Origin: an uncultured Bordetella sp. | Lineage (GTDB): Bacteria; Pseudomonadota; Gammaproteobacteria; Burkholderiales; SG8-41 | NCBI GenBank assembly: GCA_964433345.1 | Contig: CAYSQJ010000003.1 | Location: 160,365 to 224,364, forward strand | Length of the DNA: 64,000 nt | Direction of reading: 5' to 3' | Shown: one piece after another, positions 24,736 through 37,781 of the stretch | How positions within the stretch are numbered: position 1 is the first letter of the stretch | Layout of the letters: every line of letters starts with the position of its first letter | The notes under the pieces: model-generated | What the model was told of the DNA's origin: nothing | The model's database searches: none | Seen by the model: only the letters and a program-made list of their open reading frames with translations | Translations under genes and position numbers: made by a program

Positions 24736-25314
24736 ATGCCTCCCGTATCCTGCTGCCTCGTAACCGGGCTGACCGGCGCCGACAAGCGCGGCTTCCTCGT
24801 AGCGCTTTCAGGAGTGCGTCCTGCGAATGCCGCCTGGGCGCTGCTCGACAACGACGGCGGCGGCAGTGCCCGCGACCTCGCCAACAGCGGCATCGCGACT
24901 GCCGTCGTCAACGGCTGTGCCTGTTGCAGCGGCCAGGTCATGCTGCAGACCGGCATCGTGCAGCTGCTGCGCCGGACCCGACCGCAGCTGCTGATCATCG
25001 CCGTCGACGGCGCTGCGGAACCGGAAGCGCTTGAGCGCGTGCTGCGGCAACCCGGGATCGCCGGCAGCATCGAGCTTGCGTTGCGCTTGTGCATTGCACC
25101 GGCACAATGGCTCGACGTGCTGCCGGGCCACGCACGCGAGCGGCTGCAGCGCCAGATTAAGGCCGTCGACGGCGTGATAGCCGGTGACAGAAATACCGCC
25201 GCGAAGCTGCATGCCGCGGGCGCGGAACGGTTGCTTCAGGCGGAGGAAGCCATCAGGCGGGTGTCCGCCGTTGCCTCCGGTGTCAGCGCCAGCGCCTCGC
25301 GTATCGCTTCGTAG
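24736..25314 (+). CDS. CobW/G3E-GTPase-like protein with degenerate P-loop, no CobW C-domain
   Basis: 192 aa; VTGLTGADKRG in place of GFLGAGKTT, GCACC in place of GCICC, IIAVDGAAEP in place of IIETSGLADP; no upstream in-frame start (TGA at 24679). Confidence 0.55.
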   Translation: MPPVSCCLVTGLTGADKRGFLVALSGVRPANAAWALLDNDGGGSARDLANSGIATAVVNGCACCSGQVMLQTGIVQLLRRTRPQLLIIAVDGAAEPEALERVLRQPGIAGSIELALRLCIAPAQWLDVLPGHARERLQRQIKAVDGVIAGDRNTAAKLHAAGAERLLQAEEAIRRVSAVASGVSASASRIAS

Positions 25315-26543
25315 CGCGCCTGCAGGTCGCCGGCGTCCTTCCCGCCGAGATTGAGCACGGCATAGCGGTGGCTGCCCAGCCATTTCATCTCCCGCGCGAG
25401 TCCGGCACCGCGCTTCAGGTAGAACATCAGCCGCGCATCCGGATAGCGCCGGTGCACGGCCTCGATCTGCTCACGGCTCGGCAGCGGGCCGTGGGGGCGG
25501 CCATCAAAACGTCTGAACACGAAACTTGCCGCTGCGCGGAACTCGCCGGCTCCGCGCACCAGGCGCGGCGTCTCTCCGGTGGCCAGGTCCAGCAGCATCG
25601 AGTAAGGATCGCATCCGTCGACACGGCGGTAAAGGTTGACGATCTGGGTGGCCATGCGCGGATTGACCTCGACGATGCGGATTGCGCCGCTCGCCGGATC
25701 GTGGATCAACTCGATGTTGAAAAAGCCATGGGCATAATCCATCCCCGCCAGCAGGCGCTCTGCCAATGCCGACATGCGCTCGAGCAAATCCGCCGGCAGC
25801 CGAGAGGGATACTCGAAGCGCATGAAGGCCTGGGTGCCGGGATACATCACTTCATCAACGATGCCGAGCACGGTAACGCGGCCACGGTGCACATAGCCGT
25901 CGATGTTGACCTGCACGCCGTCGAGCAGCTCTTCCGCGACCAGCGCGCGGGCGCCGATGTCAAAGGGCGTGTACAACGGCATCAGGTCATCGAAGGGCTT
26001 CACCAGCCGGCCGAGCACCAGGCGCTCCAGCGGGGAAAATGCGGTCAGCGCACGCAGCTGCCCGGGGTTGTCGATGCGCCGCGCCAGCACCGAGTAGGTC
26101 GCCTTGACCGGCTTCACGAAACAGGGAAATCCCAGATGCGGCGGCGCCACCGGTCCGCCGGTATACGGCAAGGCCTCGAAATGCGGAACGGCCTCGGGCA
26201 CGATGCGGCGCTGCAGGCAACGCGCGTAGTACTTGTGCTGGGCGGCAATCACCACCGCCGGATCGGTGCCCGGCAGCCCCAGCCGCTGCGCAAGCACCGC
26301 GGCGATCAGGGCACCGAAATGCTCGTTGTTGCTGATCACGCCATCAATGCGGCCGCGGTAGCGGCGTTCGAGGCGGTCGATGTAGCGACGCGCGTCGAAA
26401 AAAAGCAGGCGCACGCTTTCGGGAAAACGGAACAGGTCGAAGCCTTCAAGCAGGAATTCGTAGCGGCCGCGATAGCGCGGATGGTCCAGTTCCGCGCTAT
26501 CCCAGTCCTTGGGGAACAGCACCAGTATTCGTTTGACGGCCAT
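25236..26543 (-). CDS. ATP-grasp domain protein
   Basis: 435 aa; pre-ATP-grasp region then FPCFVKP...AEELLDG...FNIELI...IVEVNPR motifs. Confidence 0.8.
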   Translation of the reverse strand: MAVKRILVLFPKDWDSAELDHPRYRGRYEFLLEGFDLFRFPESVRLLFFDARRYIDRLERRYRGRIDGVISNNEHFGALIAAVLAQRLGLPGTDPAVVIAAQHKYYARCLQRRIVPEAVPHFEALPYTGGPVAPPHLGFPCFVKPVKATYSVLARRIDNPGQLRALTAFSPLERLVLGRLVKPFDDLMPLYTPFDIGARALVAEELLDGVQVNIDGYVHRGRVTVLGIVDEVMYPGTQAFMRFEYPSRLPADLLERMSALAERLLAGMDYAHGFFNIELIHDPASGAIRIVEVNPRMATQIVNLYRRVDGCDPYSMLLDLATGETPRLVRGAGEFRAAASFVFRRFDGRPHGPLPSREQIEAVHRRYPDARLMFYLKRGAGLAREMKWLGSHRYAVLNLGGKDAGDLQARYEAIREALALTPEATADTRLMASSA

Positions 26544-26624
26544 GAAGGTTTCCGGGGTCGCTTGTGAGTATGTATCTTGAGTCGAAGTTGTTGCGGCGCC
26601 CTTACAACAGCGCCGGGCAGCTGC

Positions 26625-27269
26625 TTATTCCCCTTGCACCGGATCAAAAGCACCCCATGCGATGTAGCCGGTGCCGAACAGCGTCGGCTCGACCTGGAGA
26701 TCCGGCACCCGGCTCTGCAGCAGGTCCCAGGGCCGGTCGAGTCCTTCATGGCGCGTGTAACAGCCGCGCGACTTGAAACGGCGATACAGGCGCAAGGGGT
26801 CGAGCCAGCGCGGCGGGTGCTTGATGCCGGCGGCTGCGACGCGGGCGCCGGGGCTGGCCTGGGAGAACGCTGCATCCAGCGCGTCCGGGGATCTCAGGAT
26901 GTCGTGGACATAGTTGAAAAGCAGGGCATCGGCCATTGCCGGCCAGCGCGCGGACTGCATCGGTGATTCAATCAGCAGCACGTTGTCCCAGCCGGCGGCA
27001 GCCACACGCTGCCGCGCCAGTGCCATCATCTCCGGGCTGGCCTCGACGCCGATCACCCGCCCCGAGGCGCCCACCGCGGCACGCAGCAGGTCGAAACCGA
27101 GGCCGGTGCCGCAACCGGCATCGACCACGGTGTCGCCGGGCTGCAGCCGGAGGTGCCCGATCGTGCGCCGGCGCAAAGCCATGGTGCGCCGGGCGCTGCG
27201 GTCGTAGCCTGCAGCAATGCCCCGGTAATCGGCAGTCCCGCTGTCGTTTGGCCGCGTCATGCCGGTCAT
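26625..27269 (-). CDS. class I SAM-dependent methyltransferase
   Basis: 214 aa; motif I VVDAGCGTGL, post-I VIGVE. Confidence 0.8.
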   Translation of the reverse strand: MTGMTRPNDSGTADYRGIAAGYDRSARRTMALRRRTIGHLRLQPGDTVVDAGCGTGLGFDLLRAAVGASGRVIGVEASPEMMALARQRVAAAGWDNVLLIESPMQSARWPAMADALLFNYVHDILRSPDALDAAFSQASPGARVAAAGIKHPPRWLDPLRLYRRFKSRGCYTRHEGLDRPWDLLQSRVPDLQVEPTLFGTGYIAWGAFDPVQGE

Positions 27270-27317
27270 CTTAACTCCGTGCGATACTCATCACGGCATC
27301 TCCGCCGGAGTCCGCGC

Positions 27318-28643
27318 ATGACCGCTCGAACCGCAAGCCCGCACCGCATCGTCATCGTCGGCGGAGGTGCCGGCGGCCTCGAACTCGCGACACGATTGGG
27401 CGACCGCCTCGGCCGCCGCGGACGGGCGCAGGTCACGCTGGTGGACCGCTCGCGCACCCATCTGTGGAAACCGCTGCTGCACGAGGTCGCCGCCGGCAGC
27501 ATGGACGTCGACCAGCACATGCTCGATTACCTGGCGCAGGCGCGCTGGCACCATTTCCGCTTCCAGCTCGGCGCGATGTGCGGTCTCGATCGCGGCCGGC
27601 GCGTCCTGCGCGTGGCCCCGACCCATGACGACGAGGGACGGCTGCTGATCGACGAGCGTGAAATTCCCTACGACACCCTGGTGATCGCCGTCGGCAGCGG
27701 CAGCAACGATTTCGGCACGCCCGGGGCGAAGGAACATGCGATCAGCCTCGACACGCCGCCGCAGGCGGAACGCTTCCACAACCGGCTGATCAACGCCTGC
27801 ATCCGCGCCAACGCACAATCCGAACCGCTGCGGCCGGAACAGCTGCAGGTCGCGATCATCGGCGCCGGCGCGACCGGTGTCGAACTGGCCGCCGAGCTGC
27901 ACCACACGACACGCGAACTGCTTGCCTACGGGCTCGAAAAAATCGATGCCGGGCGCGACATCCGCATCACGTTGATCGAGGCCGGACCGCGCGTGCTGCC
28001 CGCACTGCCGGAGCGGCTGTCGCAATCAACCGAGCAACTGCTGACCGCGCTCGACGTGCAGGTGCTGACCGGCGCGCGGGTCACCGCCGTCGAGCGCGAC
28101 GGCGTGCAGCTCGTCGACGGACGCCGGATTCCCGCGGAACTGACGGTTTGGGCAGCCGGCATCAAGGCGCCGGATTTCCTGAAGGATATCGACGGCCTCG
28201 AGACCAACCGCCTCAATCAGCTGGTGGTGACTGAAACGCTGCAAACCACGCGCGACGCCAACATATTCGCATTGGGCGACTGTGCGGCCTGTGCCTGGCC
28301 CGGTCGCGAACACAATGTGCCGCCGCGGGCACAGGCTGCGCACCAGCAGGCGACTCGGCTCGCCGACAACCTCAGCCGCCGGCTCGACGGCAAACCGCTG
28401 CGCGCATTCGTCTATCGCGATTTCGGTTCGCTGGTGTCGCTGGGAGAATATTCCACCGTGGGCAGCCTGATGGGCGCGCTGATCGGCGGCAGCCTGTTCA
28501 TCGAAGGACTGTTCGCACGCCTCATGTACGTGTCGCTGTATCGCATGCACCTCTACGCACTGCACGGTTTCGCCAAGGTTTTTTTCGACACTCTGGCGCG
28601 GATGATCACGCGGCGCACCGAGCCCCGTGTGAAATTGCACTAA
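27318..28643 (+). CDS. ndh: type II NADH dehydrogenase
   Basis: 441 aa from MTARTASPHRIVIVGGGAGGLE; second dinucleotide fold IIGAGATGVELA; GDCAA motif. Confidence 0.9.
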   Translation: MTARTASPHRIVIVGGGAGGLELATRLGDRLGRRGRAQVTLVDRSRTHLWKPLLHEVAAGSMDVDQHMLDYLAQARWHHFRFQLGAMCGLDRGRRVLRVAPTHDDEGRLLIDEREIPYDTLVIAVGSGSNDFGTPGAKEHAISLDTPPQAERFHNRLINACIRANAQSEPLRPEQLQVAIIGAGATGVELAAELHHTTRELLAYGLEKIDAGRDIRITLIEAGPRVLPALPERLSQSTEQLLTALDVQVLTGARVTAVERDGVQLVDGRRIPAELTVWAAGIKAPDFLKDIDGLETNRLNQLVVTETLQTTRDANIFALGDCAACAWPGREHNVPPRAQAAHQQATRLADNLSRRLDGKPLRAFVYRDFGSLVSLGEYSTVGSLMGALIGGSLFIEGLFARLMYVSLYRMHLYALHGFAKVFFDTLARMITRRTEPRVKLH

Positions 28644-28646
28644 AAG

Positions 28647-28676
28647 TTGTTTATAATCAAATACTTATAAAACAAC
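28647..28676. terminator. AT-rich hairpin between convergent ndh and PhyH genes, containing an exact IHF-consensus match
   Basis: GTTGTTTATAA-TCAAATAC-TTATAAAACAAC; AATCAAATACTTA at 28655-28667; overlaps PhyH stop codon. Confidence 0.4.
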
Positions 28677-29426
28677 ATCAGGCAGACCAGCGGAGCGCGA
28701 ACCGGGCAGCGGCAAGTTGTCGAGCGCGCGGTAGGTGAACACCGCGGAAAACTTGGTCTGCGTGCCGCGGTTGTGACCGGCAGCGTGGAACAGCCGGCAG
28801 TGGAAAAACAGCACGTCGCCGGGATCGAGTTCGACCGCGACCTGGGTTCGCAGCAGTTCAGCGTTTTCTGCGGCATCGCTGCGCAGGAACTGCGCAGCGT
28901 CGAGACGCGAGGGATCGAAATCCATGACATGCGTGCCGGGCAGCACCAGCAGGCAGCCGTTGTCGATGCGTTCCGCGCCCAGTGCGAACCACACCGACAC
29001 CAGCTCCGGGCGCGCATAGGACCAATAGCGGATGTCGCGATGCCAGCTGGTCAGGCTACTGTATGCCGGATCCTTGGTCATCACGCAGTTATGGTGGGCC
29101 TGGGCCAGTGCGATCCGCTGCCCGAGCAACTGGCGCAGCCGCCCGGCCACCGGCCCGGCCGTCGCCCATTCCCTGAATACCGCATCGCGGGCATAGGCCT
29201 GAAGCAGCCGGCGCACGGTGCGCCCGCCCGGCGCATCGCGTGACTCCGGGGCACCGGGATACTGGGTATCGGCCTCGTACTCGACCGGTGCTGCCGCGGC
29301 AGCAAGGTCGCGCTCGGCAATCGCGCGCATGCGCCCGCGCGCAGCCGCCGGCAGCAGGCCGCGCACGATGCAATAGCCGTCGCGCGCGAACTGCGCAAGT
29401 TCATCCCGCGAAAAAAGTCCGCTCAT
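28665..29426 (-). CDS. phytanoyl-CoA dioxygenase (PhyH) family Fe(II)/2OG oxygenase
   Basis: 253 aa from MSGLFSRDEL; WHRD facial-triad region, later H in FFHCRLFHAAGHN; start chosen 1 nt after upstream stop. Confidence 0.8.
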   Translation of the reverse strand: MSGLFSRDELAQFARDGYCIVRGLLPAAARGRMRAIAERDLAAAAAPVEYEADTQYPGAPESRDAPGGRTVRRLLQAYARDAVFREWATAGPVAGRLRQLLGQRIALAQAHHNCVMTKDPAYSSLTSWHRDIRYWSYARPELVSVWFALGAERIDNGCLLVLPGTHVMDFDPSRLDAAQFLRSDAAENAELLRTQVAVELDPGDVLFFHCRLFHAAGHNRGTQTKFSAVFTYRALDNLPLPGSRSAGLPDVVL

Positions 29427-29427
29427 C

Positions 29428-30266
29428 TCATGTCCGTGGTCTGCGGAAAAACCAGCCATAAAACAGCATTGCGCCCGCCAGCAGCGTCACCAGCGAATAT
29501 ACGGGATCAAGAGCGCCGGCGGTGAACACCGCAGGCGTCTCGAACACCGAGTCCTGGTAATGGATGAACAGGACAAGCAGCAGGTTGTTGCCGGCGTGCG
29601 CCCCGATCGCCAGCTCGAGCCTTCCGTCGCGCAGCGTCACCGCGGCGAGAAACAATCCCATCGCAAAATAGTTGGCGGCCATCAGCGTGAGCCCGTAGGC
29701 CGCCACTTCCGGATTGTAGAGATGGGGCAGCGTGAACAGGACGCTGCTGAACAGCGCCGGCACGGCGGGATGGCGGCACAGGCGGCCGGCGGCCTGCATC
29801 AGATAGCCGCGGAATACCAGTTCTTCCGCCGCACATTGCAGCGGCGTCAGCAGCAGGGCCGCGGCGACAAAAGGCAGCCAGCGCCGTAACTCGAGGTTCC
29901 AGGCATAGCGGCCGGGATAGAGCAGGCTCTCGACCAGGCAAAAGAACGCGGCCAGCACCACCCAGGCCGCGGCGCCCTGCAGCATCCGGTGCCAGTCCAC
30001 GCGCGGATAAGGCGTTACCAGCGTGCGCCAGGAACGGCCATGCAGCAGCGTAATGACGACCAGCACGCCGGGCAGCAGCATCAGGATGCTGGCATTGATC
30101 GCCGCGAATTCGGTGATCGCACCCAGCGGCAGGCCCAGCACCAGTGCATGAGCCCAGGCTCCGCCGAAGATCCAGATCGCCACCACCAGCGCGAGGCCCG
30201 GCACATAGCGCCAGCCAGCGCTGCGGCCGGTATCGGCCAGCGCAAGGTAACGCGCCGCAGGCGTGA

Positions 30267-30270
<4 letters not shown>
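29428..30270 (-). CDS. CPBP-family intramembrane glutamic endopeptidase
   Basis: Multi-TM; EELVFRGY and FxxxH / HAGNN motifs; only plausible start is TTG at 30270 overlapping metH TGA. Confidence 0.7.
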
Positions 30271-33971
<3,701 letters not shown>

Positions 33972-34034
33972 GGATTGCGATGCTGGCCTGGGCGGCCGCA
34001 GGACTTCATGGAAAGTGCGAATTTTATCATGGGC

Positions 34035-34063
34035 TTACACCACCATCCGGGCACGCCTATAAT
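34035..34063 (+). promoter_or_regulatory. candidate sigma70 promoter for rhodanese gene
   Basis: TTACAC-N17-TATAAT. Confidence 0.5.
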
Positions 34064-34096
34064 GCCTTCTTCCCGATACTGGCTACTGCTCGCCCC

Positions 34097-34483
34097 ATGA
34101 AACACCTCGAACCGAAACAGGCTTTTGAATTCCTGAAACAGAACCCCAACGCGGTGTTCATCGACTGCCGCAGCGAAATGGAATACCTGTTTGTCGGACA
34201 TCCGGTGGGCGCCATCCACGTCGCATGGAACGACGGTCCGAACTGGGAAATCAATCCGCATTTCGTGGCCCATGTCAAAAAAGCGACCAGCGTGGACCGG
34301 CCGATCGTGGTGATCTGCCGCAGCGGCAACCGCTCGCTCGACGCCGGCCATGCGTTGGAAGAAGCCGGCTTCACACAGGTCTACAACGTGCTGCACGGTT
34401 TCGAGGGCGAACTCGATGAAAACCACCACCGCGGCTCGAAAACCGGATGGCGCTTCGAGGGCTTGCCCTGGGAGCAGTGCTGA
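34097..34483 (+). CDS. rhodanese-like domain protein
   Basis: 128 aa from MKHLEPKQAF; active-site loop CRSGNRS. Confidence 0.8.
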   Translation: MKHLEPKQAFEFLKQNPNAVFIDCRSEMEYLFVGHPVGAIHVAWNDGPNWEINPHFVAHVKKATSVDRPIVVICRSGNRSLDAGHALEEAGFTQVYNVLHGFEGELDENHHRGSKTGWRFEGLPWEQC

Positions 34484-34555
34484 GCCGCAAGGGCTCCGCA
34501 TTCTCCGGTTCCGAATACGGCCCGGCACAGCGGATGTGCGGGAATCAATGCCCGT

Positions 34556-35770
34556 TCAGCGCCCGCTCTGCTGCAGGCGCAGATAGCTTAACCACGACAG
34601 GCCGCCGAGCAGCAGCAGGCCGGCCATGCCCATGGCCAGCGCAAGCGCGCTGGCAGACACCAGCGGCGACACCACCCCTGCGGTGACACCCGCGAAAAGG
34701 CTGTGCGCGAACCCCTGGAAAGAGGACGTCATGCCGCGCAGGCGGGGAAAGCGGTCGAGGGTGATCAGCGTCAGACTCGGCATCGCGAGCGCCATGCCGA
34801 CGGTGTAGAGCATCACCGGCAGCACGGTCCAGGGAATCGCCGGCGGGAACAGCGCGCAGTACGCCAGATTGGCGGCGGCGGCAGTGCACATCGTCAGATA
34901 ACCGGCCAGCACGGTGCGACGCGGGCTCAGGCGCTCAGCGAGGCGACCGGACAGGAATGCACCGATCATGACCCCGGCAATGCCGGGCACGAACAGCCAT
35001 GCAAAGTGTCTTTCGGTCAACCCGAGCAGGTCGTAGATCACCGCCGGAGCGGACACAACATATAGAAAGAATCCGGAAAAGTTGAAGGCGACCGTCAGGC
35101 ACAACAGCAGCAGCCGGACATCCCTGCCCAGGCTCAGATAATTGCGCAACAGGGGCGCCGCGCGAAAAGGCTGGCGCGCCGGTAGCGGATGGGTTTCCGG
35201 CAGGCGCCTGAGGGCAACGACAAACAGCACTGCGCCATAGGCGGTGAGGAACCAGAACACCGATCGCCAGCCGAAGGCACCCTGCAGCCAGCCGCCGATC
35301 ACCGGCGCGATGGCCGGCGCAATGCCGAAAATCATGGTCACCAGCGACATCAGACGCTGCGCCTCGTGGCCCGCGAAACTGTCGCGGATGATCGCGCGGC
35401 CGACAATGATGCCGGCGCCGGCCGCAAGTCCCTGCAGCGCCCGCCACAACAGCAGTTGCGGCAGGCTTGCCGCCATTGCGCAGCCCGCGGAAGTCACCAC
35501 GTAAAGCACAAGGCTGGCGAGTATCACCGGCCTTCGGCCGAAAGAATCGGATAGCGTGCCGTGGAACAGCGTCATCAGCGCCACGGTGAACAGGTAGAGG
35601 CTGAGCGTCTGCTGCAGCTGCGCCGGCGTCGCCCGCAGATCGCTGCCGATGTACGGAAATGACGGCAGGTAGGTATCGATCGTGAACGGGCCGATCATCG
35701 CCAGCGCGGCGAGGATGACCGCCAGCAGCGGCACTGCAAGCGGCGCGGCGTGCCGCGGTCCCGCGCTCAT
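34556..35770 (-). CDS. MFS transporter, Bcr/CflA drug-resistance subfamily
   Basis: 404 aa, 12 TM, GTLSDSFGRRP motif; ATG overlaps upstream stop (ATGA). Confidence 0.85.
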   Translation of the reverse strand: MSAGPRHAAPLAVPLLAVILAALAMIGPFTIDTYLPSFPYIGSDLRATPAQLQQTLSLYLFTVALMTLFHGTLSDSFGRRPVILASLVLYVVTSAGCAMAASLPQLLLWRALQGLAAGAGIIVGRAIIRDSFAGHEAQRLMSLVTMIFGIAPAIAPVIGGWLQGAFGWRSVFWFLTAYGAVLFVVALRRLPETHPLPARQPFRAAPLLRNYLSLGRDVRLLLLCLTVAFNFSGFFLYVVSAPAVIYDLLGLTERHFAWLFVPGIAGVMIGAFLSGRLAERLSPRRTVLAGYLTMCTAAAANLAYCALFPPAIPWTVLPVMLYTVGMALAMPSLTLITLDRFPRLRGMTSSFQGFAHSLFAGVTAGVVSPLVSASALALAMGMAGLLLLGGLSWLSYLRLQQSGR

Positions 35771-37263
35771 CTGCGGTCGAGCCTGCGGTACTGGATCGCC
35801 TCGGCGACGTGATTGCCGGATATCGAGTTCTCGCCGGCAAGGTCGGCGATCGTGCGCGCCACCCGCAGTATCCGGTGATAGGCTCGTGCAGACAACCCGA
35901 GCCGCGAGATGGCCTGCTTGAGCAGGGCCTCGCCCGGGGCATCGGGGGCACAGTGGCGATCAATCTCGCGTACCGCCAGCCGGGCATTGGGCAGGCCCTG
36001 CCGCGCCAGCGCCCGCTTGCGGGCGGCTTCGGTGCGCGCGCGCACGGTCGCAGAGGATTCACCATCGCCGCCGCGGGTCAGTTCATCCTCTTTCATCGCC
36101 GGCACCTCGATCTGCAAGTCGATGCGGTCGAGCAGCGGCCCCGAAATGCGCGAACGGTAACGCGCCACCTGGTCGGGCGTGCAGCGGCAACGGCCGCTGT
36201 AGTGGCCAAGATAGCCACAGGGACAGGGATTCATAGCCGCGACCAGCTGGAACTGCGCCGGGAAGTCGGCCTGGCGCGCCGCGCGCGATACCGTGATGCG
36301 ACCCGACTCCAGGGGCTCGCGCAGCACCTCCAGCACGCGGCGCTCGAACTCGGGCAATTCGTCGAGGAACAGCACACCGTGCATGGCCATAGAAATTTCT
36401 CCGGGCCGCGGTGTTCCGCCACCGCCGACCAGGGCGACCGCGGAGGCCGTGTGATGGGGCGCGCGATAGGGCCGCCGGCGCCAGGCCCTGACATCGAATC
36501 CGTTCGAGCCCAGTGACTGCACCGCCGCGGATTCGACGGCCTCCGCGGTGGTCATCGAAGGCAGGATCCCGGGCAGCCGCTGCGCGAGCATGGTCTTGCC
36601 GGTGCCCGGAGGACCCACCATCAGCAGGCTGTGGCCGCCGGCGGCGGCGATTTCAAGCGCGCGCCGTGCCTGCAGCTGTGCCTTGATGTCGATCAGGTCC
36701 GGATATTCGAAGTGGCCGGCCGTCGCAGCAGCCTGGACGGGGGACAGCACCGAACGTCCCGCGAGATGTGCACAAACCTCGCCCAGCGTCGAAGCGGCAA
36801 GAACCCGCGTGTCCTCCGCCAGCGCGGCCTCGGTGGCGCTTGCAGCCGGCAACACGAAGGCCCTGCCGTCGCGGGCCACCGCCAGCGCCATTGCCAGCGC
36901 CCCCCTCACCGGGCGCAGTTCTCCGGTCAGCGCAAGCTCCCCGGCAAATTCGAGTTCTGCGACCTTTTCGCCGGGTATCTGCCCCGAAGCCAGCAATATG
37001 CCCAGCGCAATCGGCAGGTCGAAGCGTCCCGATTCCTTGGGCAGATCGGCCGGCGCCAGATTGACGGTGATGCGGCGTGCGGGAAATTCGAAGCGGGCAT
37101 TGAGCAGCGCCGCACGCACGCGATCCTTGGCTTCCTTCACCTCGGCCTCGGGCAGGCCGACGATGGTGAAGGACGGCAAACCATTCGCCAGATGCGCCTC
37201 GACCGTCACCAGCGGGGCATCCATGCCCGACAGGGCGCGGCTGTACAAAACGGCCAGGGACAC
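35767..37263 (-). CDS. YifB/ComM-family Mg-chelatase-like AAA+ ATPase
   Basis: 498 aa, GTG start; Lon-like N-domain, Walker A GPPGTGKTM, C-terminal ChlI region. Confidence 0.9.
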   Translation of the reverse strand: MSLAVLYSRALSGMDAPLVTVEAHLANGLPSFTIVGLPEAEVKEAKDRVRAALLNARFEFPARRITVNLAPADLPKESGRFDLPIALGILLASGQIPGEKVAELEFAGELALTGELRPVRGALAMALAVARDGRAFVLPAASATEAALAEDTRVLAASTLGEVCAHLAGRSVLSPVQAAATAGHFEYPDLIDIKAQLQARRALEIAAAGGHSLLMVGPPGTGKTMLAQRLPGILPSMTTAEAVESAAVQSLGSNGFDVRAWRRRPYRAPHHTASAVALVGGGGTPRPGEISMAMHGVLFLDELPEFERRVLEVLREPLESGRITVSRAARQADFPAQFQLVAAMNPCPCGYLGHYSGRCRCTPDQVARYRSRISGPLLDRIDLQIEVPAMKEDELTRGGDGESSATVRARTEAARKRALARQGLPNARLAVREIDRHCAPDAPGEALLKQAISRLGLSARAYHRILRVARTIADLAGENSISGNHVAEAIQYRRLDRR

Positions 37264-37341
37264 TTGGGATCAGCGCATTCGGTGGGGGAAAGGAATCTTC
37301 TAAACGCCCGCCGGGGCCCCGCGGCTGACGCTGCCACGCCG

Positions 37342-37596
37342 CTATGGAGCGGAACCGGCGGAACGGGAAGCGGCCTGCTCGAGCTCAGCCAGCTTCTTCT
37401 CAAGAGCGTCCAGTTTCGTCCGGGTCCGCAGCAGGACTTCGCGCTGCACGTCGAATTCCTCCCGCGTCACCAGGTCCAGCCGGCTGAACAAGCCGCCGAG
37501 CATCGCCCTGAGGTTTTTGTCGAGGTCAGCCGCCGGGCTTTGGGCCAGCGCGGCTTTCACTTTTTCGTTGATTTCGTCGAGCAGTCTTTGATCCAT
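37342..37596 (-). CDS. ubiK: ubiquinone biosynthesis accessory factor UbiK (YqiC/BMFP family)
   Basis: 84 aa from MDQRLLDEINEKV; coiled-coil LVTREEFDVQREVLLRTR motif; upstream part of track ORF is non-coding regulatory DNA. Confidence 0.75.
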   Translation of the reverse strand: MDQRLLDEINEKVKAALAQSPAADLDKNLRAMLGGLFSRLDLVTREEFDVQREVLLRTRTKLDALEKKLAELEQAASRSAGSAP

Positions 37597-37688
37597 GTGC
37601 GTCCACCGTCGGGTTTGGTCGAAGAGTCTACCAAGATTGCCCCGCGCGCCCGGTGTCCACATGGTACGCATCAGACTGGGGCAGGCAC

Positions 37689-37736
37689 ACCACCAGATTG
37701 GTGCACCACGGGAGGGCGCCGCACCGCACTGGTGCA
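37689..37736 (+). promoter_or_regulatory. two NtrC-like enhancer sites
   Basis: ACCACCAGATTGGTGCA (37689-37705) and CGCACCGCACTGGTGCA (37720-37736), each 12/14 to TGCACCANNNTGGTGCA, centres 31 bp apart, about -128 and -97 from the predicted start. Confidence 0.6.
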
Positions 37737-37768
37737 CAAAAATTTTCCAACATCACCAAGAGTGAGTA

Positions 37769-37781
37769 TAAGTATTTGTTT
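37769..37781 (-). promoter_or_regulatory. IHF-like site between NtrC sites and -24/-12 promoter
   Basis: AAACAAATACTTA on minus strand, one mismatch to WATCAANNNNTTR, inside a 35-bp AT-rich patch. Confidence 0.4.

Noticed and set aside
27546-27561. TGGCACCATTTCCGCT with correct GG-N10-GC spacing (sigma54-like)
   Set aside because: It lies inside the ndh coding sequence on the coding strand, with no AT-rich or IHF patch or downstream gene start. It is most likely a chance match.
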